A stretch of DNA of 56,826 nt from a virus: the IMG/VR virus record IMGVR_UViG_3300045988_168418; one strand, given 5' to 3'. The translations under genes were made by a program, and so were the position numbers. Below the pieces are notes generated by a model, which searched no databases, was not told the DNA's origin, and saw only the letters and a program-made list of their open reading frames with translations. This document shows positions 1-7,243 of this stretch, piece after piece. Position 1 is the stretch's first letter; each line of letters opens with the position of its first letter.

Positions 1-119
1 ATCTAAAAGTCTAAAAATAAAATCAAAAAACGAGAATTAAAAATCTCTCCAAAAATTTTTTCAAATCTAAAAGTCTAAAAATAAAATCAAAAAACGAGAA
101 TTAAAAATCTCTCCAAAAA
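1..119. repeat. Two copies of a 55-bp direct repeat (1-55 and 65-119) with a 9-nt T-rich spacer; each copy contains the sub-repeat 'tctaaaa'
   Basis: Read directly: 'atctaaaagtctaaaaataaaatcaaaaaacgagaattaaaaatctctccaaaaa' occurs identically at 1-55 and 65-119. Confidence 0.8.
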
Positions 120-203
120 ATTTTTTTAAACAAATTAAAATAAAAAAGGATTTTAAAAAAATAAAAATATTTCTCATTTTTCTCTTTAAAACTACCCGCG
201 ATA

Positions 204-959
204 TCAAACAAGGCTCCGAAAAGCGTCTAAATTAGATCCACTAGGGATAGCAAAAATTATTTTTTCAAAAATATAATTATTAGATAATTTCATAAATATC
301 TTTTTAACTTCATTAGGATCTTGACCAAAAGCTCCGCATCCAAAAGCTCCTAAGATTAGAACATCAATTTTATTTTTCGCCGCAATGTCTAAAATAAAAG
401 AAATTCTTTCTTTTAAAGCCTTAGTATTTTCTTCATCTGTTATCCCATTACGCTTAGCTTCTTTTTTATTCGGGGCTGCACAACTAATAATATCACAATT
501 ATAAGAATCTTCAAAAAGAACATTTGGACTATAAATTGCTCGATTCCAATATAAACCGCGATTTATTAAGTTTTTATTTTCTCCATAAAAATCTTCTCTT
601 TGTCGTTGTAAAATATTATAAAGAATAGATTTATGACATAAACTTTCTTCTTGAGTACTATTTCCTTTTAAAAAGCCTCCGCCAGGATATTTAAAAGATG
701 CAAAATTAAGTGCGGCAATCTTACTATTAGGAAATTCAGATACAGCTTTTTTAATAGCATTAACAGTATCAGTTTCCCATATTTCTAAATAATTAAGATT
801 TTTTTCATTCGTTTTCTTTGTTTTATTTACAATAGAACCTGGTACGAAACCACTATAATATTTAGTTCTTGCGTTACACCATGCGATTTTATCTGAATAT
901 TCTTTTTCCATTTTATAAAAATGATTTATGGCTTGAATAGCTCTTTCTTTTTTATTCAT
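204..959 (-). CDS. Bacterial-type poly(ADP-ribose) glycohydrolase-like macrodomain protein (DUF2263/TIGR02452-like)
   Basis: PARG signature GGG-X7-QEE present ('GGGFLKGNSTQEE'); C-terminal 'LGAFGCGAFG' glycine-rich macrodomain-like motif; GAGGA RBS upstream of the ATG at 959. Confidence 0.6.
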   Translation of the reverse strand: MNKKERAIQAINHFYKMEKEYSDKIAWCNARTKYYSGFVPGSIVNKTKKTNEKNLNYLEIWETDTVNAIKKAVSEFPNSKIAALNFASFKYPGGGFLKGNSTQEESLCHKSILYNILQRQREDFYGENKNLINRGLYWNRAIYSPNVLFEDSYNCDIISCAAPNKKEAKRNGITDEENTKALKERISFILDIAAKNKIDVLILGAFGCGAFGQDPNEVKKIFMKLSNNYIFEKIIFAIPSGSNLDAFRSLV

Positions 960-979
960 CTATTAACATCCTCGTTTTA

Positions 980-1168
980 TTAGAACATCGCATTTGCTTG
1001 TTCATAATATTTTAATTCTTGAATCCAAGCGATTGGAATTACCATTTCCGCTTTAGCATATCTTTCTATAGCATCCATAATCTCATTTCTTCTACTATTA
1101 ATTACTTCTAATCTAAAAGCTTCACGCGGAACCAAACCTGCAACTGTCTTTTTTGCTTCATTATTCAT
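980..1168 (-). CDS. Hypothetical 62-aa protein, translationally coupled between the SLOG-like and PARG-like genes
   Basis: ORF with RBS (taaaataggaggaaaa) inside the 3' end of the upstream gene; the upstream gene's TAA and this ATG are separated by 1 nt. Confidence 0.4.
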   Translation of the reverse strand: MNNEAKKTVAGLVPREAFRLEVINSRRNEIMDAIERYAKAEMVIPIAWIQELKYYEQANAMF

Positions 1169-1169
1169 A

Positions 1170-1517
1170 TTATTTTCCTCCTATTTTAATTACTTTACCA
1201 TGCTTTCCATTCATTTTCATTTTCATAATAATTTTTCTAATTATTGCATCTTTTCCGTCATAAAAAAATATACCAAAATCAATATTTTCTACCATTTTCT
1301 GAATTAATTTATCTATGTTGCGATCAAATACATATTCAATAGGAGCACCATTATTTTCTGCCCATATTTTTCCAATAGACTCCGAGAGCTTCTTCTCAGT
1401 ATTCCCGCAAACAACAGTAAATAAATAACATTGCGTTTCGCGGATAAAATCTTCCATAGTTGCGGAGACTAGGCGATTATCTGCGAAACCGCGACTTCCA
1501 AGAATACTAATTCTCAT
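1170..1517 (-). CDS. DUF2493/YspA-type SLOG-family (LOG/DprA-like Rossmann) protein
   Basis: N-terminal 'MRISILGSRGFAD' followed by 'YLFTVVCGN...IGKIWAENNGAPIEYVF' resembles the DUF2493 pattern (MRVLVxGGRxFxD ... VVxHGGAxGAD ... W ... GVPV); judged by eye only. Confidence 0.5.
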   Translation of the reverse strand: MRISILGSRGFADNRLVSATMEDFIRETQCYLFTVVCGNTEKKLSESIGKIWAENNGAPIEYVFDRNIDKLIQKMVENIDFGIFFYDGKDAIIRKIIMKMKMNGKHGKVIKIGGK

Positions 1518-1548
1518 TTCTTTTTCCTCTTGTTTTATTTATAAAATA

Positions 1549-1577
1549 ATTATAACAAAAATTTTTTAAAAAATCCA
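1549..1577 (-). promoter_or_regulatory. Extended -10 promoter (TGtTATAAT) with weak -35 (TGGATT) driving the SLOG-PARG operon
   Basis: Minus-strand TGTTATAAT at 1549-1557; 17-nt spacer; GAGGA RBS before the ATG at 1517. Confidence 0.5.
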
Positions 1578-1598
1578 ATTAAAGTGCTTTAATCAAAT

Positions 1599-1627
1599 TT
1601 GACAAAAAAATTTTTTTGTGGTATAAT
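1599..1627 (+). promoter_or_regulatory. Consensus sigma-70 promoter: TTGACA (1599-1604), 17-nt spacer, TGgTATAAT (1619-1627)
   Basis: Exact -35 and extended -10 hexamers; AGGAGA RBS at 1645-1650 and ATG at 1655. Confidence 0.7.
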
Positions 1628-1654
1628 ATAATTGTAAACTAGAAAGGAGAAATT

Positions 1655-2818
1655 ATGACACCAATAACATTAGAAGATAAGGCTTTTGAGGAGAATAATG
1701 TTTTAGAAGAAGAAAAAAAAATAACAGAAAAACAAATCGAAGAAGAAAATATGCAAACTACTATTAAACTAGATTATTCTTTAGAAACTCCTGAAGAGCG
1801 GAATGAATTAGTTAAAAAAATTATAGATAAGACTCCTTCTGAGCAATTAACACCTAAATATTTAGAAATATTATCAGATTACATTATTTTTGCTATGGAT
1901 AAACAAGAGCGGAAACAGAAGCAAATATTAACTGATAATCATATGGTCACAGTTAATAAAAGAGAAACTTCTTTTGAAGGATTAGTTGGTCGCTTAGAGA
2001 ATGGCGAAGATGGCATTTATAATATGATCGCCAATGATAAGAATATTATTTTTACACCTAAATTTCAAATAACTCAACAGGATATTGCGGAAATCCCTGA
2101 GTTAAAGCAACTTGTAGACGCGATTGCGGAAGTCGAAAAAGCTGAGAAAAAAGCAGTTGGTAAAAAGAAATTTTTATTAAAAAAGCAACTTATTGCTATG
2201 AGACAAGATCAATATGTAATTAGAAGTGCATACAAGCCGCCAATTTATTGTATGAACGCAATTAAAAGTTTTAGCAAAATTGATTTTGATGAAAATGTTT
2301 CTATTAGCGGAAATGATGAAATTGAAGATAATAGCTTAGTTTCTTTTTTTAATCCTAAGCACATATCTGCATTATTATGTAACTATTCCCGCCTAAAAGA
2401 AGATGCATGGGGAAAATTCTACAGTGATTCATATTTTTTAATGGAGGATTTAGATACATTAATAGAAAAGACTCTAAGAGATAGTTATCCAATGTATTAT
2501 GACCTCTTGATTTATAAAATAGACGGAAAACAAAATCTTGAAATTCAGAGTCTGTTGAATCAAAAACACAATGTAAAACATTCAGTGGAATATATATCAT
2601 CTTTATGGCGGAATAAAATACCTAAGCTATTGTCAGAGCAAGCTCAGGAAGACTATTTAATTTGGTATTACACAACTCAGAAAAAAGGAAAATGGAAAAA
2701 ATGTTCCCGTTGTGGGGAAATCAAATTAGCTCATAATAAATTTTTTTCAAAGAATAAGACAAGTAAAGATCATTTTTACAGTATATGTAAATGTTGTCGA
2801 AATAAGAAAAATAAATAA
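1655..2818 (+). CDS. Hypothetical protein with C-terminal CxxCG...CKCC zinc ribbon (possible DNA-binding/packaging accessory)
   Basis: Long ORF with strong RBS; C-terminus 'CSRCGEIKLAHNKFFSKNKTSKDHFYSICKCCRNKK' is a treble-clef-like zinc ribbon. Confidence 0.5.
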   Translation: MTPITLEDKAFEENNVLEEEKKITEKQIEEENMQTTIKLDYSLETPEERNELVKKIIDKTPSEQLTPKYLEILSDYIIFAMDKQERKQKQILTDNHMVTVNKRETSFEGLVGRLENGEDGIYNMIANDKNIIFTPKFQITQQDIAEIPELKQLVDAIAEVEKAEKKAVGKKKFLLKKQLIAMRQDQYVIRSAYKPPIYCMNAIKSFSKIDFDENVSISGNDEIEDNSLVSFFNPKHISALLCNYSRLKEDAWGKFYSDSYFLMEDLDTLIEKTLRDSYPMYYDLLIYKIDGKQNLEIQSLLNQKHNVKHSVEYISSLWRNKIPKLLSEQAQEDYLIWYYTTQKKGKWKKCSRCGEIKLAHNKFFSKNKTSKDHFYSICKCCRNKKNK

Positions 2819-2830
2819 AGGAGGCTAATA

Positions 2831-4030
2831 ATGAATTATACTTGTAACAAATGCGGAAAGTCAATGGATGAAATAAATTTTTATACATATAAAAATGGTA
2901 AAAAAACAGAATTATGTAAAAAATGTTTAACTATGCATATAAATAATTTTGAACCTAATACTTTCCTATGGGCATTAGAAAAGATGGATGTTCCATATGT
3001 TCCAGAAGAATGGAATATTTTAAGGGATAAAGCCTATGCAAAAGACCCTTATAAAATGAATGGGATGTCAGTATTTGGAAAATATCTTTCTAAAATGCGG
3101 CTAAAGCAGTGGAAAGATTATAGTTGGGCAGATACAGAAAAGATTGCTCAAGAAAAAGAAGAAAAGACTCAAAAGGATCTTGAACAACAGAAAAAGTTTG
3201 AAGAAAGTATGAAGCAACAGCTTGAAAAAGGTGAAATTTCTGAAGCTGAATACAAAACGATGGTTTCTACCCCCACTCAAAACGCGGAATTGGCGGTAAA
3301 AGCTCCTAAGAATGAGATTGGAACTGACAATTTTTATGATGAAAATAATTTTATAAGCGAGGATGAATTAATTGATCCTGCCGCGGAATTAACTCAAGAA
3401 GATAAGATTTACTTAGCTATGAAATGGGGACGTTTGTATAAACCAAATGAATGGGTTGAACTAGAGAAAAAATATGAAGAGATGACTAGTTCTTTTGATA
3501 TTCAAGACTCAGATACTACAGGAACTTTAATTCTTATTTGCAAAACTTATTTAAAGATGAATCAGGCGATCGATTGCGGTGACATGGATGGCTATCAGAA
3601 GTTGTCCAGAGTATATGATTCACTACGTAAATCCGCGAAATTCACAGCCGCACAAAATAAAGAAGTAAAAAGTGATTTTGTAGATTGTATTGGAGAGATG
3701 GTTGCCTATTGTGAAAAAAATGGCGGTCAGATTCCAAGGATGAAAATAGATGCACCAAATGATATAGTTGATAAAGTTATCATGGATTTAAAAGAGTATA
3801 CAAGATCATTAATCTATGATGATAAGTCTCTTGCTCAACAGATAGAAAATTATATTAAGCAGAGAGAAAATGCTGATGCAATGAAGAAAGATAGAGAAGA
3901 AGCTAAAGAAAAAGGCTATAATCAGATAGAAATAAAAGATAGAGATTATCAAGCTTATTTTGAAAATATTGCAAAAGAAAAAGAAGAAGATGAAAAAATT
4001 TATATAGGAGAGGATGAAGACTTTATATGA
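2831..4030 (+). CDS. Hypothetical protein with N-terminal zinc ribbon and charged coiled-coil middle region (candidate small terminase/packaging accessory; function unknown)
   Basis: N-terminus 'CNKCGKSMDEINFYTYKNGKKTELCKKC'; RBS AAGGAGG; sits immediately upstream of the large terminase. Confidence 0.45.
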   Translation: MNYTCNKCGKSMDEINFYTYKNGKKTELCKKCLTMHINNFEPNTFLWALEKMDVPYVPEEWNILRDKAYAKDPYKMNGMSVFGKYLSKMRLKQWKDYSWADTEKIAQEKEEKTQKDLEQQKKFEESMKQQLEKGEISEAEYKTMVSTPTQNAELAVKAPKNEIGTDNFYDENNFISEDELIDPAAELTQEDKIYLAMKWGRLYKPNEWVELEKKYEEMTSSFDIQDSDTTGTLILICKTYLKMNQAIDCGDMDGYQKLSRVYDSLRKSAKFTAAQNKEVKSDFVDCIGEMVAYCEKNGGQIPRMKIDAPNDIVDKVIMDLKEYTRSLIYDDKSLAQQIENYIKQRENADAMKKDREEAKEKGYNQIEIKDRDYQAYFENIAKEKEEDEKIYIGEDEDFI

Positions 4031-4371
4031 GTTTAAAAGGTCTATTAGATTTATCTGAATCTAGAACCCTTAAGAAACAGGGCATGTCAGAAGAAAGACT
4101 AAAAGCTCAACTTCCTCATTTAAGAAATCTAATCGCTTATTATAGAGAATATCCAGACCTTTTGGTAGACTTTATGAAAGGTCCTGAGAGTACTTTTAAA
4201 TTCTTTTTTTATCAGAGAATATTTTTAAGGATTACGATGCGGCATAGGTATGTGTATGCTACTTTTCCACGTGCGTATAGTAAATCATTCTTATCTATGA
4301 TGATTCTTATGTTAAGGTGTATTCTCTATCCTAATTCACATTTGTTTGTTACTACTGGTGGTAAAATATAA
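4027..4371 (+). CDS. terL: Terminase large subunit, exon 1 (N-terminal ATPase with Walker A region)
   Basis: 'FFFYQRIFL...ATFPRAYSKSFL' resembles the T4 gp17-type 'YQR...PRQxGKT' Walker A region; 'FVTTGGK' aligns with gp17 'ILAHKGS'; the ORF stops inside the putative intron. Confidence 0.55.
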   Translation: MSLKGLLDLSESRTLKKQGMSEERLKAQLPHLRNLIAYYREYPDLLVDFMKGPESTFKFFFYQRIFLRITMRHRYVYATFPRAYSKSFLSMMILMLRCILYPNSHLFVTTGGKI

Positions 4372-5341
4372 ATTTTAAAGTAAGGAGGAGCATAAAATGA
4401 GTGCAAAAAACGTCCTAACTAATTTTGAGATAATTGATACTGAAGAAAAAGCTTATTGGCTAGGTTTTTTATATGCGGATGGAAGTGTTGGTTCTAAAGA
4501 AGATAAAATAGAATTGGGGCTTGCTGAAAAAGATTTAAAACATATAGAAAAATTTAGAGATTTTATGAATATAACTAATAAAATTAGCTATAGAGAAAGA
4601 ACAAAATCTTATAGAATGAGTTTTAGGAGTGCTCAATGTAAACAGGATTTAATAGATAAAGGGTGCGTTCCTAAAAAATCATTAATTCTTGATTTTCCAA
4701 ATGAAAAACAAGTACCAAAACATTTAATTAGACATTTTATAAGAGGGTATTTTGATGGCGATGGATGGTTTACAAATACAGAAAGTTGTTTTCAAATAGG
4801 TATAATTGGAACTGAAAATTTTATAAATGGATTTTTAAATTCTATTGAGAATATAAATAAAGATAATAAAATTTTTGATGTTCATAGAAAACATGGAGCT
4901 AAACGATATGTTTTTGGAGCTTATGATGATGTTTTAAATTTTTTAAATTGGATATATAAAGATTCAAATATTTATTTAGAAAGAAAATATGCTAGCTATT
5001 TAGACTTTATACAAAATGGAAGTAAGTATCATAAAATAAAATAAAAATTTTTGCCGTATATTAGAGAAATTTAATATATGATTATTGCGGAATTAAGCGG
5101 GGAAGGCTGAGATGCTAACCCGAACCGAAGGTTATAGGAACTATAGTCAGGGGCAACGCATAGATGGTGAAAAGATATAATCCATCCACGAGTCCGCAAC
5201 ACAGCATTATATAGGAATGCTTGAGACTATCTCACCAATAGTCAAACCTAACGTAAAACGAGGGTGAAAAGATATGCTAAGCTTATACGAAAAAGAAGTA
5301 TAAGAACTAAAGGATAAAAAGCCTTTAGGATAATATAACTG
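4363..5341 (+). other. Group I self-splicing intron interrupting terL (approximate ends: 5' splice after U4362, omega-G at 5341)
   Basis: terL homology resumes in-frame at 5342 with no start codon; a 7-bp P4-like pairing 'ttgcgga' (5085-5091) / 'tccgcaa' (5193-5199) resembles P/Q elements; R-like 'gagacta' (5223-5229) and S-like 'aagatataatcc' (5172-5183); contains a free-standing LAGLIDADG ORF. Confidence 0.55.
4397..5044 (+). CDS. LAGLIDADG homing endonuclease (intron-encoded, two-motif monomeric type)
   Basis: Motifs 'YWLGFLYADGSV' and 'RGYFDGDGWF'; own RBS 'aaggagg' upstream of the ATG at 4397. Confidence 0.85.
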   Translation: MSAKNVLTNFEIIDTEEKAYWLGFLYADGSVGSKEDKIELGLAEKDLKHIEKFRDFMNITNKISYRERTKSYRMSFRSAQCKQDLIDKGCVPKKSLILDFPNEKQVPKHLIRHFIRGYFDGDGWFTNTESCFQIGIIGTENFINGFLNSIENINKDNKIFDVHRKHGAKRYVFGAYDDVLNFLNWIYKDSNIYLERKYASYLDFIQNGSKYHKIK

Positions 5342-6748
5342 AAAGAGCAGGCTGCCAGTATCACCATAGCGAAAATTGAAGAAATATGTAAGCTTATCCC
5401 CGCACTTAATAATGAGCTAGATTGGTCAAGGGGAGCTTCTAAAAAATCAAAAGATGATGTTAATTATATCTTTAAAAATGGTTCTTCTATTGATATATTA
5501 GCCGCTAAACAATCTTCTAGAGGCCAGCGTAGAACGGGTGGTTTAATGGAAGAATGTGTTCTTATAGATGGAGATATATTAAATGAAATAATAATTCCTA
5601 CAACAAACGTTGATAGATTATTACCAGATGGAACTAGACATAAAGAAGAAATAATTAACAAGAGTCAAATATATATTACAACAGCTGGGTGGAAGAATTC
5701 ATTCGCGTATGACAAACTGACGGAACTTTTGGTTCAGTCTATGATTGAGCCTGATAAAGTTATGGTTATGGGTGGAACGTATGAAACGCCTGTTGCGGAA
5801 GGGCTTTTAGATGAAGATTTTGTAGATCAGCTCAAATTACAAGGTACATTTAAAGAAGATTCTTTTGATAGGGAATATCGTTCTAAATGGAGCGGAGATG
5901 CAGAAAATGCATTTTATTCTTCTGAAAAGTTTGATAGGTATAGAGTGTTATCCCAACCAGAATACGAATATAGCGGAAGAAGTAGTAAATCAGCTTATTA
6001 TGTTATAGGGGTAGACGTCGGACGTATAGGCTGCACAACTGAAGCTTGCATATTCAAAGTTACCCCTCAACCGCAAGGAACGGCTTTAAAAAGTTTGGTT
6101 AATATCTATACTTATGAAGCAGAACATTTTGAGACTCAAGCAATTAATTTAAAAAAATTATTTTATAAATATAAAGCTAAAATTATCTCTATTGATGCGA
6201 ATGGCTTGGGTATCGGGCTCATCGACTTCATGACAAGGGCGCAGATTGACCCAGAAACAGGAGATACTCTTCCGCCATTTGGAGTTGAGGGAGGAACATC
6301 AGAGGATGCTATTGCTCCTTACAGAAAAATTAAAGGCGGAGATGTGGAAGATAATGCTTTATATTTAATTAAAGCAAACGCACCAATTAACACTGAAGCC
6401 TATTCATACACTCAGACTCAAATGTCTAGCGGAAAAATTAAATTTTTGAAAGATGAGTCTGAAGCTAAAGCTAAACTAATGTCATCAAAAGTTGGTCAGA
6501 ATATGGATGCGGATAAAAGAAACGAATATCTAAAACCTTTTGTTTTAACAACAATTTTAAGAGAACAAATGCTAAATCTAGTTGAAGAAAATGAAGGAGT
6601 TAATATTATTTTAAAACAATCTTCAAGAGGTATAAAGAAAGATAAATTTTCTGCTTTTATATATGGATTATATTATATAAAGCAGGAAGAAGACCATAAG
6701 AAAAAGAAACGAAGTAGAAATATATCAGATTTTATGTTCTTTAGCTAA
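5342..6748 (+). CDS. terL: Terminase large subunit, exon 2 (rest of ATPase plus nuclease domain); the ORF track starts at 5546 but the frame is open and homologous from 5339
   Basis: Upstream in-frame translation 'KEQAASITIAKIEEICKLIP...IFKNGSSIDILAAKQSSRGQRRTG...ECVLID' parallels T4 gp17 '...NGSxIxAxASSxDAVRGxS...YIDE'; downstream 'GVDVG' and 'SIDANGLG' nuclease-type motifs. Confidence 0.6.
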   Translation, partial: KEQAASITIAKIEEICKLIPALNNELDWSRGASKKSKDDVNYIFKNGSSIDILAAKQSSRGQRRTGGLMEECVLIDGDILNEIIIPTTNVDRLLPDGTRHKEEIINKSQIYITTAGWKNSFAYDKLTELLVQSMIEPDKVMVMGGTYETPVAEGLLDEDFVDQLKLQGTFKEDSFDREYRSKWSGDAENAFYSSEKFDRYRVLSQPEYEYSGRSSKSAYYVIGVDVGRIGCTTEACIFKVTPQPQGTALKSLVNIYTYEAEHFETQAINLKKLFYKYKAKIISIDANGLGIGLIDFMTRAQIDPETGDTLPPFGVEGGTSEDAIAPYRKIKGGDVEDNALYLIKANAPINTEAYSYTQTQMSSGKIKFLKDESEAKAKLMSSKVGQNMDADKRNEYLKPFVLTTILREQMLNLVEENEGVNIILKQSSRGIKKDKFSAFIYGLYYIKQEEDHKKKKRSRNISDFMFFS

Positions 6749-6821
6749 AACAAAATGGACAAATGTTTATAAAAAAGAAGAAATATTTTTAAAGTACTAT
6801 GAAAAAGAAGGGAGAGTTGCT

Positions 6822-7178
6822 ATGCGAGCAAGTAGAGGTGAAATAAAAATTGAAGAAATTCTTCAAGAGTCAGGTTTGAATTTTAAAGAAGAGTATATTT
6901 TTTCCGACCTTGTAAGTTCTAGTGGTCGACCCCTCAGATTTGATTTTGCGATTTTAGATGATAATAACGAATTAGATTTTTTAATAGAGTTTCAGGGAAT
7001 CCAACATTATGAGCCAAAGAGTAAATTTGGCGGAATCTCTGGATTGCGGAAGCAGCAATATAATGATATGAAGAAGAGAGAATATTGTGCTAAGCACAAT
7101 ATTCCTCTTGTAATCATTCCTTATTGGGATGAAGGTAGACTTGATTATGATTATATTATGACTGCCGCAGGATATTAA
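6822..7178 (+). CDS. DUF559/Vsr-like PD-(D/E)XK endonuclease (possible free-standing homing endonuclease)
   Basis: 'RFDFAILDDNNELDFLIEFQGIQH' matches the D...(E/D)xxGxQH pattern of DUF559/Vsr-fold nucleases; small gene between terminase and portal. Confidence 0.4.
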   Translation: MRASRGEIKIEEILQESGLNFKEEYIFSDLVSSSGRPLRFDFAILDDNNELDFLIEFQGIQHYEPKSKFGGISGLRKQQYNDMKKREYCAKHNIPLVIIPYWDEGRLDYDYIMTAAGY

Positions 7179-7196
7179 AATTTTTATTTTAATAAA

Positions 7197-7225
7197 TTAG
7201 ATAAAATTGTATTTTATGTTATACT
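7197..7225 (+). promoter_or_regulatory. Promoter-like element: TTAGAT, 17-nt spacer, TGtTATACT
   Basis: Extended -10 at 7217-7225, -35-like hexamer at 7197-7202, upstream of the portal gene. Confidence 0.4.
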
Positions 7226-7243
7226 ATACTTAGAAAGGTTAAG

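Noticed and set aside
1-119. Possible CRISPR array.
   Set aside because: Only two 55-bp repeat copies with a 9-nt spacer. This does not fit CRISPR repeat/spacer dimensions, and there are no cas genes.
2355-2600. Antisense or nested small ORFs from the six-frame track lying inside larger genes: 2355-2600, 5464-5661, 7924-8127, 9344-9598, 12282-12575, 15102-15371, 16570-16773, 23640-23945, 24292-24510, 26421-26645, 26737-26934, 27656-27838, 30650-30892, 31259-31441, 31763-31969, 35527-35745, 35963-36160, 38918-39106, 44946-45263, 47777-47971, 47968-48168, 50114-50359, 50657-50860, 51785-51967 and 56539-56727.
   Set aside because: Each lies wholly within, and opposite to or out of frame with, a long well-supported gene. 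They have low-complexity AT-driven composition and no RBS, so they look like spurious ORFs typical of AT-rich DNA.
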